NCBI GenBank assembly: GCA_015523605.1
Contig: WAKC01000025.1
Location: 101,582 to 125,581, forward strand
DNA: 24,000 nucleotides
Source of the DNA: Candidatus Geothermarchaeota archaeon
GTDB taxonomy: Archaea; Thermoproteota; Nitrososphaeria; Geothermarchaeales; JDFR-13
Reading direction: 5' to 3'
Below the pieces are notes generated by a model, which was not told the DNA's origin, searched no databases, and was given only the letters and a program-made list of their open reading frames with translations. How positions within the stretch are numbered: the first letter of the stretch is position 1; each line of letters opens with the position of its first letter. Of the stretch, positions 1 to 7,856 are shown in pieces. Made by a program: the position numbers and the translations under genes.

Positions 1-1003
1 TGTGATAAAAGCTTCTAGTAGATACTGGGAAATGTGTAACGAAAAATGGAGTTTCGAATTGGTTACTTAGAATACGCTCCTCGTCTGCACCAAAATCTTC
101 ACCCCATTCAATATCTACACCGTTATTCTGTAAAATGGAAATAGCCTCATCATATGTTATCCTAGGAAAACGTTCCTCATATTCTTGTAGTAGAGAACCC
201 TTAAGGAGCGTCTTTAATTCTCTCTCATAGTTTTCATTTAAATAAGTAATGATATGTTTAACGAGACCCTCCTCCACATCCATGATATCCTCATGATCTA
301 GGAAAGCCGCCTCAGCTTCAATATGAAGAAATTCTGTTAAATGCTTTCTAGTTCTTGATTTCTCTGCTCTAAAACTAGGTTGAACTACAAAGACTTTTTC
401 AAAGACGCATATAGCAGCTTCTTCATAAAACTGGCTACTCTGAGTCAAATATGCGTCCCTGTCAAAATATTTTAACTTAAAAAGTGTTGCCCCACCCTCT
501 ACTGCCGCGGTGATAAATGTAGGGGCTGTGATATAGACGTATCCTTCCCTAGTAAAATAATCTATAGCGCCTAGGACGACCCCTTCTCTTATTAAAAGAA
601 TGGCTCTACTCCTTGGACCACGCATTGTTAAATGTCTATAGTCAAACATTGTATCAGGATTTTTCAGTACCTCCTTGGTCAACGGCCACACATCAGCTTC
701 TGAAACTACATATAGTTTTGTAATATGTACCTCTCTCCCACCGGGAGCTCGGTCATCCACTTTAACAAAACCTTCAGCCGCTATAGCACTTTCAATATTT
801 AGCCTTTTAGCCTTGTCAAAAGCATCTTCATAATGGCTTGAAACCACCAGCTGAACATATCCAAATCGGTCCCTCAGAGATATAAAAATCTTATCCTTAT
901 GCACCCTTTTAGAGGCAATCCACCCCAATAGCTTAACCGGTTTACCATCCTCCATACTTAAAACATCACGTGAATATGCATTCCTATAGCTAGACCATTT
1001 CAA
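1..1003 (-). CDS. asnS: Asparaginyl-tRNA synthetase (class IIb aaRS); C-terminal part lies outside the window
   Basis: Not in the ORF track because it runs off the window edge. Manual minus-strand translation from TTG 1003-1001 (alternative ATG 955-953) gives MKWSSYRNAYSRDVLSMEDGKPVKLLGWIASKRVHKDKIFISLRDRFGYVQLV (OB-fold N-domain). It then gives motif 2, FRAEKSRTRKHLTEFLHIEAEAAF, which resembles archaeal AsnRS more than AspRS as I remember them. The TTG start overlaps the upstream stop (TTGA). Confidence 0.8.
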   Translation of the reverse strand, partial: MKWSSYRNAYSRDVLSMEDGKPVKLLGWIASKRVHKDKIFISLRDRFGYVQLVVSSHYEDAFDKAKRLNIESAIAAEGFVKVDDRAPGGREVHITKLYVVSEADVWPLTKEVLKNPDTMFDYRHLTMRGPRSRAILLIREGVVLGAIDYFTREGYVYITAPTFITAAVEGGATLFKLKYFDRDAYLTQSSQFYEEAAICVFEKVFVVQPSFRAEKSRTRKHLTEFLHIEAEAAFLDHEDIMDVEEGLVKHIITYLNENYERELKTLLKGSLLQEYEERFPRITYDEAISILQNNGVDIEWGEDFGADEERILSNQFETPFFVTHFPVSTRSFYH

Positions 1004-2142
1004 CTTTTACCACCTTCTACATTCTTCTTTATAAATTCAATTATCATATCGATGCCTTTAATGTTAATCAGGAGTTCCCTAATTCTTCTCAAATTATGTC
1101 TATAACTATCTATTTTAGATAACATGTCCTCTATTTTCAGCACTGTTTCAGATGGTTTTTTATAGTAGCTTGTATATGAGATATAAGAACCTATGCCTAG
1201 TCTACTCACCGAGATAGCGTTTCCCTCCTGTTCGGTTTGATTAGGAGCCGGTACAACTAACATAGGCACAACATTCAAAATAGATTCTAAAATTGCTGTC
1301 TGACCACCACGTAAAACCACCAATTTGCTTCTAGACAGATAATCCAATGAATTCTCCACCCAACCTTCTATCGAGACAGAGCCTAAATTTCCAACTTTCG
1401 GACCGTGACCAATAATAGTTACCTGATACCCTTTCTTTCCAAGTTCATTAGCAACTTTAAGAGTATCAAGATAAAAAGATTCTCTATCCCCCGAAGGAGC
1501 ACTTACTATAAACAATACATCAATATCTTTTACATCGTTATCCTTTAATTCCAAATTACTGGTATCAATTAGAAGGCCTACATACTCAGTTTTATTAAAA
1601 AGGTTTTCTAGGGACGCACTATTAACGAAAGATATTGTATAAGGTGGTGGGAGGTCTGTAACAAAAATTCGTTGGGGTTGACCCCAAAGATATCTAAATA
1701 GGATTCTGATGAAATATTTTAAAATGTCATTGGTATGGAACACACTCAATTGATTACTAATTAGAAGATACTTTTTATTATGAAACATAGAAGCAAGACA
1801 TGTCGATATTCTAGAATCTGATACGACGACATCCGGTTCAACAATGTAAATATTATTTAACTCATTAAGAAAATGTTTAAACAAGGCTCTTGAACTGAAT
1901 ATACCCTTCAAAATAGTTTTCTTCCAATCAAGCCTTTTAGATGCCCATGCATAAGTATATCCATCTAATTTTATAATATGACAACATTGGGCGGATGAGT
2001 TCAACTTTTGTAATGTTTTATATCCATCACCATATGAAGACATATAGACTTCATAGCCCATTTTCGATAATCTCTCCGCTAGTCTAAAAGACCTCATTGC
2101 ATGGCCTCTACCAATACCGTTTACGCCGAAGTAGATCTTCAT
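1000..2142 (-). CDS. MurG-like / MJ1255-type (GT28-like) glycosyltransferase
   Basis: 380-aa ORF. It has an N-terminal glycine loop, FGVNGIGRGHAMRS, and a C-terminal RGGQTAILESI...EQEGNA segment, both typical of the MurG/UDP-glycosyltransferase fold. It is tightly packed in a minus-strand operon between AMMECR1 and asnS. Confidence 0.6.
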   Translation of the reverse strand: MKIYFGVNGIGRGHAMRSFRLAERLSKMGYEVYMSSYGDGYKTLQKLNSSAQCCHIIKLDGYTYAWASKRLDWKKTILKGIFSSRALFKHFLNELNNIYIVEPDVVVSDSRISTCLASMFHNKKYLLISNQLSVFHTNDILKYFIRILFRYLWGQPQRIFVTDLPPPYTISFVNSASLENLFNKTEYVGLLIDTSNLELKDNDVKDIDVLFIVSAPSGDRESFYLDTLKVANELGKKGYQVTIIGHGPKVGNLGSVSIEGWVENSLDYLSRSKLVVLRGGQTAILESILNVVPMLVVPAPNQTEQEGNAISVSRLGIGSYISYTSYYKKPSETVLKIEDMLSKIDSYRHNLRRIRELLINIKGIDMIIEFIKKNVEGGKS

Positions 2143-2146
2143 TGCT

Positions 2147-2755
2147 TTAAGGTCCTCTTCTAACTACCTGGCCATTTGGTGACAACTCTACAAAGATTTC
2201 TGCATTAAATTTTAGAATTTCAGCCTCTGGATCTAGCCATGTATCAGGAGGAAGGCCTGCCTTTAGACACAGATTCGATAAGAACTCTTCAGGTTTCCAA
2301 TTTTGTTCGACAGCTACTTGAGGAAGGAGGAGCGCAGAAATTCCTTTATATTTTATTATAAGACCGTCTCTCCCAATTTTAATCTTCTCCGGGTATTTCA
2401 ATGGAGAATCAACATCTATCTTCTCTGGGGTCGTTAAAAGAGAAAGTTCAATCACCAAATTATCCAATTCATCTACCGAAACGGGTTCGAATCTAGGGTC
2501 ATTAACAGCAGCTTCAATTGCACTTAATATAACGGCTTTATAAAGAGGATGAGTGGGATATGGAAATCCTATACATCCCCTGAGCTCTTTCGTATCGTAT
2601 TTGTAAAGAGATGTGAATACACCTTGTTTAACTCTCAACCTTATAGGTAGATCACTTCTTTTTACCTCTAAGACCTCCTTATTTCTAAGGTAATTCTCAA
2701 TTGCGTTTCTCGCCAGTGATATTAAGAGTTTCGCCTCACTCAACGTTATTGTCAT
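2147..2755 (-). CDS. AMMECR1 domain protein
   Basis: Carries the diagnostic LRGCIGFPYP and NDPRFEPV motifs. The ORF track starts at TTG 2761. I prefer ATG 2755 (MTITLSEA...) because GGGTGGT (Shine-Dalgarno-like) sits about 7 nt upstream of it. Confidence 0.88.
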   Translation of the reverse strand: MTITLSEAKLLISLARNAIENYLRNKEVLEVKRSDLPIRLRVKQGVFTSLYKYDTKELRGCIGFPYPTHPLYKAVILSAIEAAVNDPRFEPVSVDELDNLVIELSLLTTPEKIDVDSPLKYPEKIKIGRDGLIIKYKGISALLLPQVAVEQNWKPEEFLSNLCLKAGLPPDTWLDPEAEILKFNAEIFVELSPNGQVVRRGP

Positions 2756-2820
2756 TCTCAACCACCCAATAGAGTTTTATAATACGAGCCTTAAATTACA
2801 AAATATCCATGATTTACCTA

Positions 2821-2830
2821 TTAATTATAA
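2821..2830 (+). promoter_or_regulatory. TATA-like box (TTAATTATAA) about 20 nt upstream of the orc1/cdc6 ATG; implies a leaderless or near-leaderless mRNA
   Basis: A/T octamer at the expected archaeal TATA distance from ATG 2848, with no Shine-Dalgarno-like sequence in between. Position and sequence only. Confidence 0.3.
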
Positions 2831-2847
2831 GATAGAGTTGATAAAGC

Positions 2848-3918
2848 ATGGGGAGACTATTTAGAGAAGGAGGAGAGATCTATTTCAGTCTGGAATATCT
2901 ACCTGAAAAGACACCTTATAGAGAAGGCCATATTAAAGAATTGTATTCATATCTAACAAGTGAGATTGAAACTGGTGGTTTTCGACCTCCTATTCTGGTA
3001 GGCCCATCTGGAACTGGTAAAACTACTGTAGTAAATAAAACTCTGCAATTAATTGCTAGTAAAGGAAGAAATGTATTTACAAGAAATTTCAATATGATGC
3101 TTGTGAATTCAAGCTATTCAGCGATTAGGAACATATGTTCATTTGTAACGCCAACACCAGAAAGAGGACTTTCTCTAAATGAAATAATTGAAAAGCTTTA
3201 TGGAACCTTAGAGATGGAGAATTCAATATATATTATTGGATTAGATGATATTGACGAACTTCTTAGAAAGGAGAGAGGTAGAATCCTAGAAATCTTAACT
3301 AGGATAAACGAGGATTACGGAGAATATCGCGTGTTTCCAATAATTATAGTTAGAAGTCTAAAACCTATATATGTATTACCAGATCACATTAAAAGCAAAA
3401 TAGGAGGACTTACTTTAAATTTTGAGCCATATAACTCCCAGGAACTTATTGAGATTGTGAAAGAAAGGATCGAGAAAGGATTGAAGGAGAATTCAATATC
3501 TTGGAAAGCTATTGAAGCCGCTGCACTAATTTCAGAAAAGATATATGGAGGGAATGCTCGCGAAATGATAAATCTGATTTATAAATCCGCATTATATTGC
3601 GAAAGAAAACATTTAGAATTTATAAATGTAGAGGTTATCCGAAAAGTTTTTTTCCACGAATATTATAAACACATTAAACAAGAAATAAGGAACAGAGTGA
3701 AAGCAAATATTTTAAAAGCTATAGTGACGTCTTCAGAGGAGGATAACTACATAATACAGGCTAATGATGTTGATAAACTGGTAAATGAAATTAGCACTTT
3801 ATATGGATATGAAAAAGAGGAGGTGGTTAAACATCTTGAAGAACTAGTTAGTAGGGGATATTTACTTGAGAAAGATGGTAACATCCTACAGTTATTCTTT
3901 CCAAAAGATTTGTTTTGA
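2848..3918 (+). CDS. cdc6: Orc1/Cdc6-family AAA+ replication initiator paralog (divergent)
   Basis: LEYLPEKTPYREGHIKELYSYL lead-in, Walker A GPSGTGKTT, Walker B IIGLDDIDEL, sensor-2-like GNAREMINLI, and a C-terminal winged-helix-like tail (VVKHLEELVSRGYLLEKDG). At 356 aa it is on the short side for this family. Confidence 0.78.
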   Translation: MGRLFREGGEIYFSLEYLPEKTPYREGHIKELYSYLTSEIETGGFRPPILVGPSGTGKTTVVNKTLQLIASKGRNVFTRNFNMMLVNSSYSAIRNICSFVTPTPERGLSLNEIIEKLYGTLEMENSIYIIGLDDIDELLRKERGRILEILTRINEDYGEYRVFPIIIVRSLKPIYVLPDHIKSKIGGLTLNFEPYNSQELIEIVKERIEKGLKENSISWKAIEAAALISEKIYGGNAREMINLIYKSALYCERKHLEFINVEVIRKVFFHEYYKHIKQEIRNRVKANILKAIVTSSEEDNYIIQANDVDKLVNEISTLYGYEKEEVVKHLEELVSRGYLLEKDGNILQLFFPKDLF

Positions 3919-4020
3919 TAAGTTTTACACCAATGATTCAAATGATATCCTATTGAATACTTTCACTATACCCTCCTCCGGGTCACAACCATACATATCC
4001 ATAAACAGGCTATAAATATA

Positions 4021-4350
4021 GTGAGAAAGATGCCAAAGATAGCATTATATCTACCGAGAAACTATGAGGAAAGGGAAAAATGGGTAAAAATACGCGAAAT
4101 AGTAAAGGAAGAGAGTAGGTCACTTGGAGTAGAGTATGTTGAAAAAATAGGTGATGAAGAATATCCCATAGTTTACCTCGAAGATAGTGAAACCAGCACC
4201 TTCATCTATGTAGAGGACTCAGAAGGTGATGATACCGAAAATATAAGAGCAATGATCAGAGTATTAACATTAGTAGCACTACTTGGAGAAGAGAAAGAGA
4301 AGACTGAAATTGAAGAGAAAGAAGTTCGAAAGAGAAGAATAATGAAGTGA
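4021..4350 (+). CDS. Hypothetical small acidic protein
   Basis: 109-aa ORF (GTG 4021, or ATG 4030 giving MPKIALYLPR...). It has the purine-rich, Glu/Lys-rich coding bias seen in the other genes here. I recognise no family. Its stop abuts the 3' end of the tRNA-Pro gene on the opposite strand. Confidence 0.45.
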   Translation: MRKMPKIALYLPRNYEEREKWVKIREIVKEESRSLGVEYVEKIGDEEYPIVYLEDSETSTFIYVEDSEGDDTENIRAMIRVLTLVALLGEEKEKTEIEEKEVRKRRIMK

Positions 4351-4442
4351 TGGTGGGCCCGCCGGGATTTGAACCCGGGACCACCAGCGTTCCGGTATTA
4401 CATCCCCAGGCTGGCATCCTAGCCAAGCTAGACCACGGGCCC
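4351..4442 (-). tRNA. tRNA-Pro (anticodon GGG) with 14-nt intron at canonical 37/38; CCA encoded
   Basis: The reverse complement folds as a cloverleaf. Acceptor stem GGGCCCG/CGGGCCC. Anticodon stem CCAGC/GCTGG. Loop CT-GGG-G[intron]C. T arm CCGGG-TTCAAAT-CCCGG. Discriminator A followed by CCA. Confidence 0.92.
4390..4403 (-). other. tRNA-Pro intron (AUGUAAUACCGGAA) in a bulge-helix-bulge context
   Basis: A central 4-bp helix forms: C32-G, U33-G, G34-C, G35-C, pairing with intron CCGG. It is flanked by 3-nt bulges GG|A and AA|C. This places both splice sites at the expected position of each bulge. Confidence 0.8.
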
Positions 4443-4449
4443 ATCTGAT

Positions 4450-5277
4450 TCAACTATATTTATCTAAATCTAGCTGTAAATTAAAAATTTTTGACATGAT
4501 ATACTTTACAATTTCCTCAGTTCTTGAATTATTGTAAATATGAACTAGTTTCCTAATCTTATCTAAGTCGACGTTATACAGCTCACACAAATATTTGGAA
4601 GAGGGGTGGCGAAGAAATATAGCCTGAATCAGGGACGAAAAATTCCTTGGCTTCTCTTTATACCTTGCTGATTCAAAATCTATAAAAATAGGTTCATAAT
4701 CTTCTTCTGTAAAAATTACATGTGATTTGGGTCGTGATAATTCACTGTGGTCAATACCAATCTTATCGAGTAGGAATCCTTTATAAAGAACCTGAGACAG
4801 AATCTTAGAAAGTGTATTCTTATCTAGATGAAATATTTCTTCATGAAGAAAATTAAACATATCCACTCCTTCGATATACTCCTGGATGATCATCCAGTCT
4901 GTATGCCCTTTTAAATGAGGTACCAGTTTAACATCTGGATAACTATCAAGTATCTTCTTAATTATACTTGCTTCATGAGAAAGAGTGTCTCTAGTAGCAT
5001 CTAACCTCAATATTTTGATAACAACGACTTCATTTCTATATAATCCCTTAACCACTATCGAGTTTGTACCCTTTCCCATCACACTATACTTTCCAATTTG
5101 GATTGGCCCATCCAGTATCAAGGCTTCTATGCCACACTGTAACATAATATTAACTCTCTCCTGAAAAACCTTCCAATCTCTCTTTGGATATGTAATAAGT
5201 TTGATTAAATCTTCATCTAAACTATTTTCACGCGCATCTCTAATAGCATTTAGATGTACGATTATAATAGAGTCCAA
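4450..5277 (-). CDS. Atypical RIO/Bud32-like protein-kinase-fold protein (uncharacterised archaeal predicted Ser/Thr kinase type)
   Basis: Glycine-loop-like MGKGTNSIVVKG, VAIK-like VVVIKILR, hinge IIQEYIEG, catalytic-loop-like GIDHSELSRPKSHVIF, and DFG-like IDFESA. It overlaps the cca 3' end by 16 nt. Confidence 0.65.
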   Translation of the reverse strand: MDSIIIVHLNAIRDARENSLDEDLIKLITYPKRDWKVFQERVNIMLQCGIEALILDGPIQIGKYSVMGKGTNSIVVKGLYRNEVVVIKILRLDATRDTLSHEASIIKKILDSYPDVKLVPHLKGHTDWMIIQEYIEGVDMFNFLHEEIFHLDKNTLSKILSQVLYKGFLLDKIGIDHSELSRPKSHVIFTEEDYEPIFIDFESARYKEKPRNFSSLIQAIFLRHPSSKYLCELYNVDLDKIRKLVHIYNNSRTEEIVKYIMSKIFNLQLDLDKYS

Positions 5278-6653
5278 AATTCATCCCCCAAAATGAAGCT
5301 TACCAACCAAGTTTTAAGAAGTGTATCATCCATAACTTCTTCAAATCTACGATTAAGCGTAAAGATTTTATACTCATTATATAAGTCATCCGGTATCTTA
5401 ACCAATTTATTTTCAATTATATGTCTTACAATATCTTCTGCACTTAGAAAACGAGCTTCCCTCAAAATATACCAACGACCATCATCTCCTATCCATTTGA
5501 TTCTATCGAAATTCTTATCCAGAAAATTCTTCTCAGCCTCCATAAATGGAAATGGTCCTCGAATCTTATCATATCTAGGTCTTTCAAGCTCAGAAAAAAG
5601 GAATATTAATAGAGAGCGGCTTCTATAATCTGAATAGACACCTACTTTAAAAACTTCAAAACCCTCATTTTCAACTACATTCTTGATTTTACGAGATAGT
5701 CTTTCTAGTTGTGAATAATGGATATCTTCGATTTTTTCATCATGTTCAAAATATACTAGTAAAATTGGTAGTTCCGGGTTAACGATATAGTCAAACCTTA
5801 GGAAATATTCCTGATTTGAGAGATAAGGAGATTCTTCGAAAAACTTTATTGATGGCTTATTAATGAAATGCTTTGCTGCTGATATCACTTTTGAGAAGCT
5901 TCTTTTCTTAACGGCAGCTGCAACATTTCTACCTCTATCAACTGGATCAACAACGATTAATGGGATATCCCTTCCAAATGCTTCTAGTACCGCCTGCCTC
6001 GTTGGATAATATCCCTCCAAATCAACGATGGTGGGTGGCTTCCAATCACTTATATTTAGAATGGCTTCCTCAAAACTATGATATTTCAATACCAGGAGTT
6101 CTGTTAGATATCCTGAAAATCCTCCTACAAAAATTTCGGCGCCATATACTCCAGAAGCCTTCAGAAATACCTTCAATCTAACCACTTCTCTATAGAGTTC
6201 TTGAATTCCATTCCCGACCAAATAGTTGTGATGATAATAGGATCTATCCATAGGGCTTAGCCAGTTAGGATATTTAGTTTTATATGAAGGGACGATATTA
6301 AAAGTTATACCTTTGGCAAAGAGTTCAATATATGGATGTTCTGCATATCTTAATCGGGTCTTGTAACGAGGATCAATCGCATCAATTAGAAAATCTACAA
6401 CAGATTTGAGTTCAACATCTTCTTCGAACCGAATAAATATGTCAACATCAAAATCATTCTTTAAATAAGTCATTCTAGGTACAGAGCCAAGGATTACTAG
6501 GTCTTCCTTACTAACGTTATATCTGTTTTTGAGGAGTGAGAATATATATCTTTTGATCTCTTCAGACTTTTCCATAATAGTCTTCCACTCCTCTTTTTGG
6601 GGACAAAAGTTTTTATCAATGAATTCAATTACCTCTCTAAGTTTTGACTTCAT
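5262..6653 (-). CDS. cca: CCA-adding enzyme (archaeal class I tRNA nucleotidyltransferase)
   Basis: GSVPRMTYLKNDFDVDIFIRF matches the class I signature GS.aRgT.L....DiDiF. The 463-aa length is typical for archaeal Cca. Confidence 0.9.
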   Translation of the reverse strand: MKSKLREVIEFIDKNFCPQKEEWKTIMEKSEEIKRYIFSLLKNRYNVSKEDLVILGSVPRMTYLKNDFDVDIFIRFEEDVELKSVVDFLIDAIDPRYKTRLRYAEHPYIELFAKGITFNIVPSYKTKYPNWLSPMDRSYYHHNYLVGNGIQELYREVVRLKVFLKASGVYGAEIFVGGFSGYLTELLVLKYHSFEEAILNISDWKPPTIVDLEGYYPTRQAVLEAFGRDIPLIVVDPVDRGRNVAAAVKKRSFSKVISAAKHFINKPSIKFFEESPYLSNQEYFLRFDYIVNPELPILLVYFEHDEKIEDIHYSQLERLSRKIKNVVENEGFEVFKVGVYSDYRSRSLLIFLFSELERPRYDKIRGPFPFMEAEKNFLDKNFDRIKWIGDDGRWYILREARFLSAEDIVRHIIENKLVKIPDDLYNEYKIFTLNRRFEEVMDDTLLKTWLVSFILGDEFWTLL

Positions 6654-6659
6654 GTTTTA

Positions 6660-7208
6660 TTACACCAATTCAAATACAGATACATCCCTATAGATAGGCC
6701 CCGAATAAGTAAGTCTACTTTCTTTAAGCTTGAAGGAGGTAACATCTATCTCTACATTATCTATTATTGACCTTATCTGGGAGATCGATCTATCATCAAA
6801 CCTATAAAATTGCTTTATTCTTGCGATTGTTATATGAGGTTTAAAGGGTTTGGACTCCCTGGGAAACATACTTGATAATTGTGACTCAACATATTCATGC
6901 AACTTCCTCAATCCTCCTTCCATATCTTCCACGCTAAGAAATATAACTCTAGGTCTGCTTAGATTTGGAAATCCATCAACATCAACTATTTTTACTTTCA
7001 TTTTCTTTAATTTTTTCGCAGAAAGTTTCTGAATTATCTCATTCACAAAGCTTTTATCAACCTCTCCAAGAAATTTTAGAGTTATATGTAGGTCGTCGAG
7101 CCTTGGATATGTGGCTCTAACTCCAGTGCTCTTAATATATTTTTGGATATCAGATGCCATCTTTTTGACTTCATCAGAATCCACATCTACCGCTATAAAC
7201 AGCCTCAT
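6660..7208 (-). CDS. thpR: RNA 2',3'-cyclic phosphodiesterase / 2'-5' RNA ligase family (2H phosphoesterase)
   Basis: MRLFIAVDV start plus two H-x-T motifs (LHITLKFLG and PHITIARIK). The 182-aa length fits the LigT/ThpR family. Confidence 0.9.
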   Translation of the reverse strand: MRLFIAVDVDSDEVKKMASDIQKYIKSTGVRATYPRLDDLHITLKFLGEVDKSFVNEIIQKLSAKKLKKMKVKIVDVDGFPNLSRPRVIFLSVEDMEGGLRKLHEYVESQLSSMFPRESKPFKPHITIARIKQFYRFDDRSISQIRSIIDNVEIDVTSFKLKESRLTYSGPIYRDVSVFELV

Positions 7209-7268
7209 CAGCTATCAATAATTTAAAATATGGAGCCATAAAAATAGATTAAAAGAAGTGAAATCGAG

Positions 7269-7856
7269 ATGGCTGAACATACAAGAAATAAAATTCTAAT
7301 TTGTGTAACCGGATATCCAGGTTCTGGAAAGAGTGTTTTCGCCTCTGTAGGAAAAGAATTCGGTATTAAAGTATTTACTATGGGTGACATCGTAAGAGAA
7401 GAAGCTATAAAGAGATATGGAGTGATAGATAAGACAACACTCGGAAAAGTGGCTGAAGAATTGAGAAAAGAGTTCGGAGATGACGCCATAGCCATGCTCT
7501 TATCAAATAAGATCGAAAAATGTAACGAAAGAATTGTAATAATAGATGGAGTTAGGAGTATGAGGGAGGTAATGATACTGTCTAAAATAGGTAAAATATA
7601 TCTCATCGCTATATTGGCTAAACGAACTACTAGGTATCTTCGCCTAGTTAGCAGAGCTAGGGCCGATGATATGAAGACATATGAAGATTTCCTAATAAGG
7701 GAGAATAGGGAAAGAGGTTTTGGTTTAGCAGAAGTAATTGAGAATTCAGACCTGTACATATATAATGAAAACATCGGACTTGAAACATTCATCAATATAT
7801 CGAGAAAACTTTTCCAGAAAATTTTGGATGAGATACATGAAAAAGAGAAGAATTAG
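7269..7856 (+). CDS. UPF0200-type predicted nucleotide kinase (P-loop, adenylate/dephospho-CoA kinase-like)
   Basis: P-loop VTGYPGSGKS, then GDIVREEA, IIDGVRSMREV and ENRERGFG. This pattern matches my recollection of archaeal UPF0200 proteins. Confidence 0.72.
   Translation: MAEHTRNKILICVTGYPGSGKSVFASVGKEFGIKVFTMGDIVREEAIKRYGVIDKTTLGKVAEELRKEFGDDAIAMLLSNKIEKCNERIVIIDGVRSMREVMILSKIGKIYLIAILAKRTTRYLRLVSRARADDMKTYEDFLIRENRERGFGLAEVIENSDLYIYNENIGLETFINISRKLFQKILDEIHEKEKN

Noticed and set aside
2147-2761. AMMECR1 as part of an AmmeMemoRadiSam three-gene system.
   Set aside because: No Memo-like or radical-SAM gene lies adjacent. The neighbours are a glycosyltransferase and orc1/cdc6.
2762-2847. 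Replication origin adjacent to orc1/cdc6.
   Set aside because: The gap is only 86 bp. It contains divergent promoter-like TATA stretches but no repeated ORB or mini-ORB dyads or G-strings that I can see. The 3919-4020 gap is also free of repeats.
3747-3941. 64-aa minus-strand ORF at the 3' end of orc1/cdc6. Other short antisense ORFs lie at 6850-7032, 9410-9664, 11399-11602 and 11881-12075.
   Set aside because: They are short, antisense to well-supported genes, and low-complexity.
2848-4442. Integrated element (Orc1-like plus orphan ORF) inserted at tRNA-Pro.
   Set aside because: There is no integrase and no duplicated tRNA 3' fragment. The only faint resemblance is CCGGGTCACAACC near 3970 versus CCGGGACCACC in the tRNA, which is too short and imperfect. 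Composition looks the same as the surroundings.
4256-4453. 65-aa minus-strand ORF spanning the tRNA-Pro gene.
   Set aside because: It is simply a translation of the GC-rich tRNA sequence and the antisense strand of the preceding ORF. The tRNA cloverleaf explains the region.
5254-6181. Plus-strand ORFs (124 aa and 73 aa) inside cca.
   Set aside because: They are antisense shadows of a well-supported cca gene. They have Ser/Leu-rich composition and no Shine-Dalgarno sequence or promoter context.
7223-7795. 190-aa minus-strand ORF fully antisense to the UPF0200 gene.
   Set aside because: Its composition is low-complexity Ser/Leu/Ile/Phe-rich, typical of the reverse frame of a Lys/Glu/Ile-rich gene. 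The plus-strand ORF has a P-loop and family motifs. I treat it as a shadow ORF.
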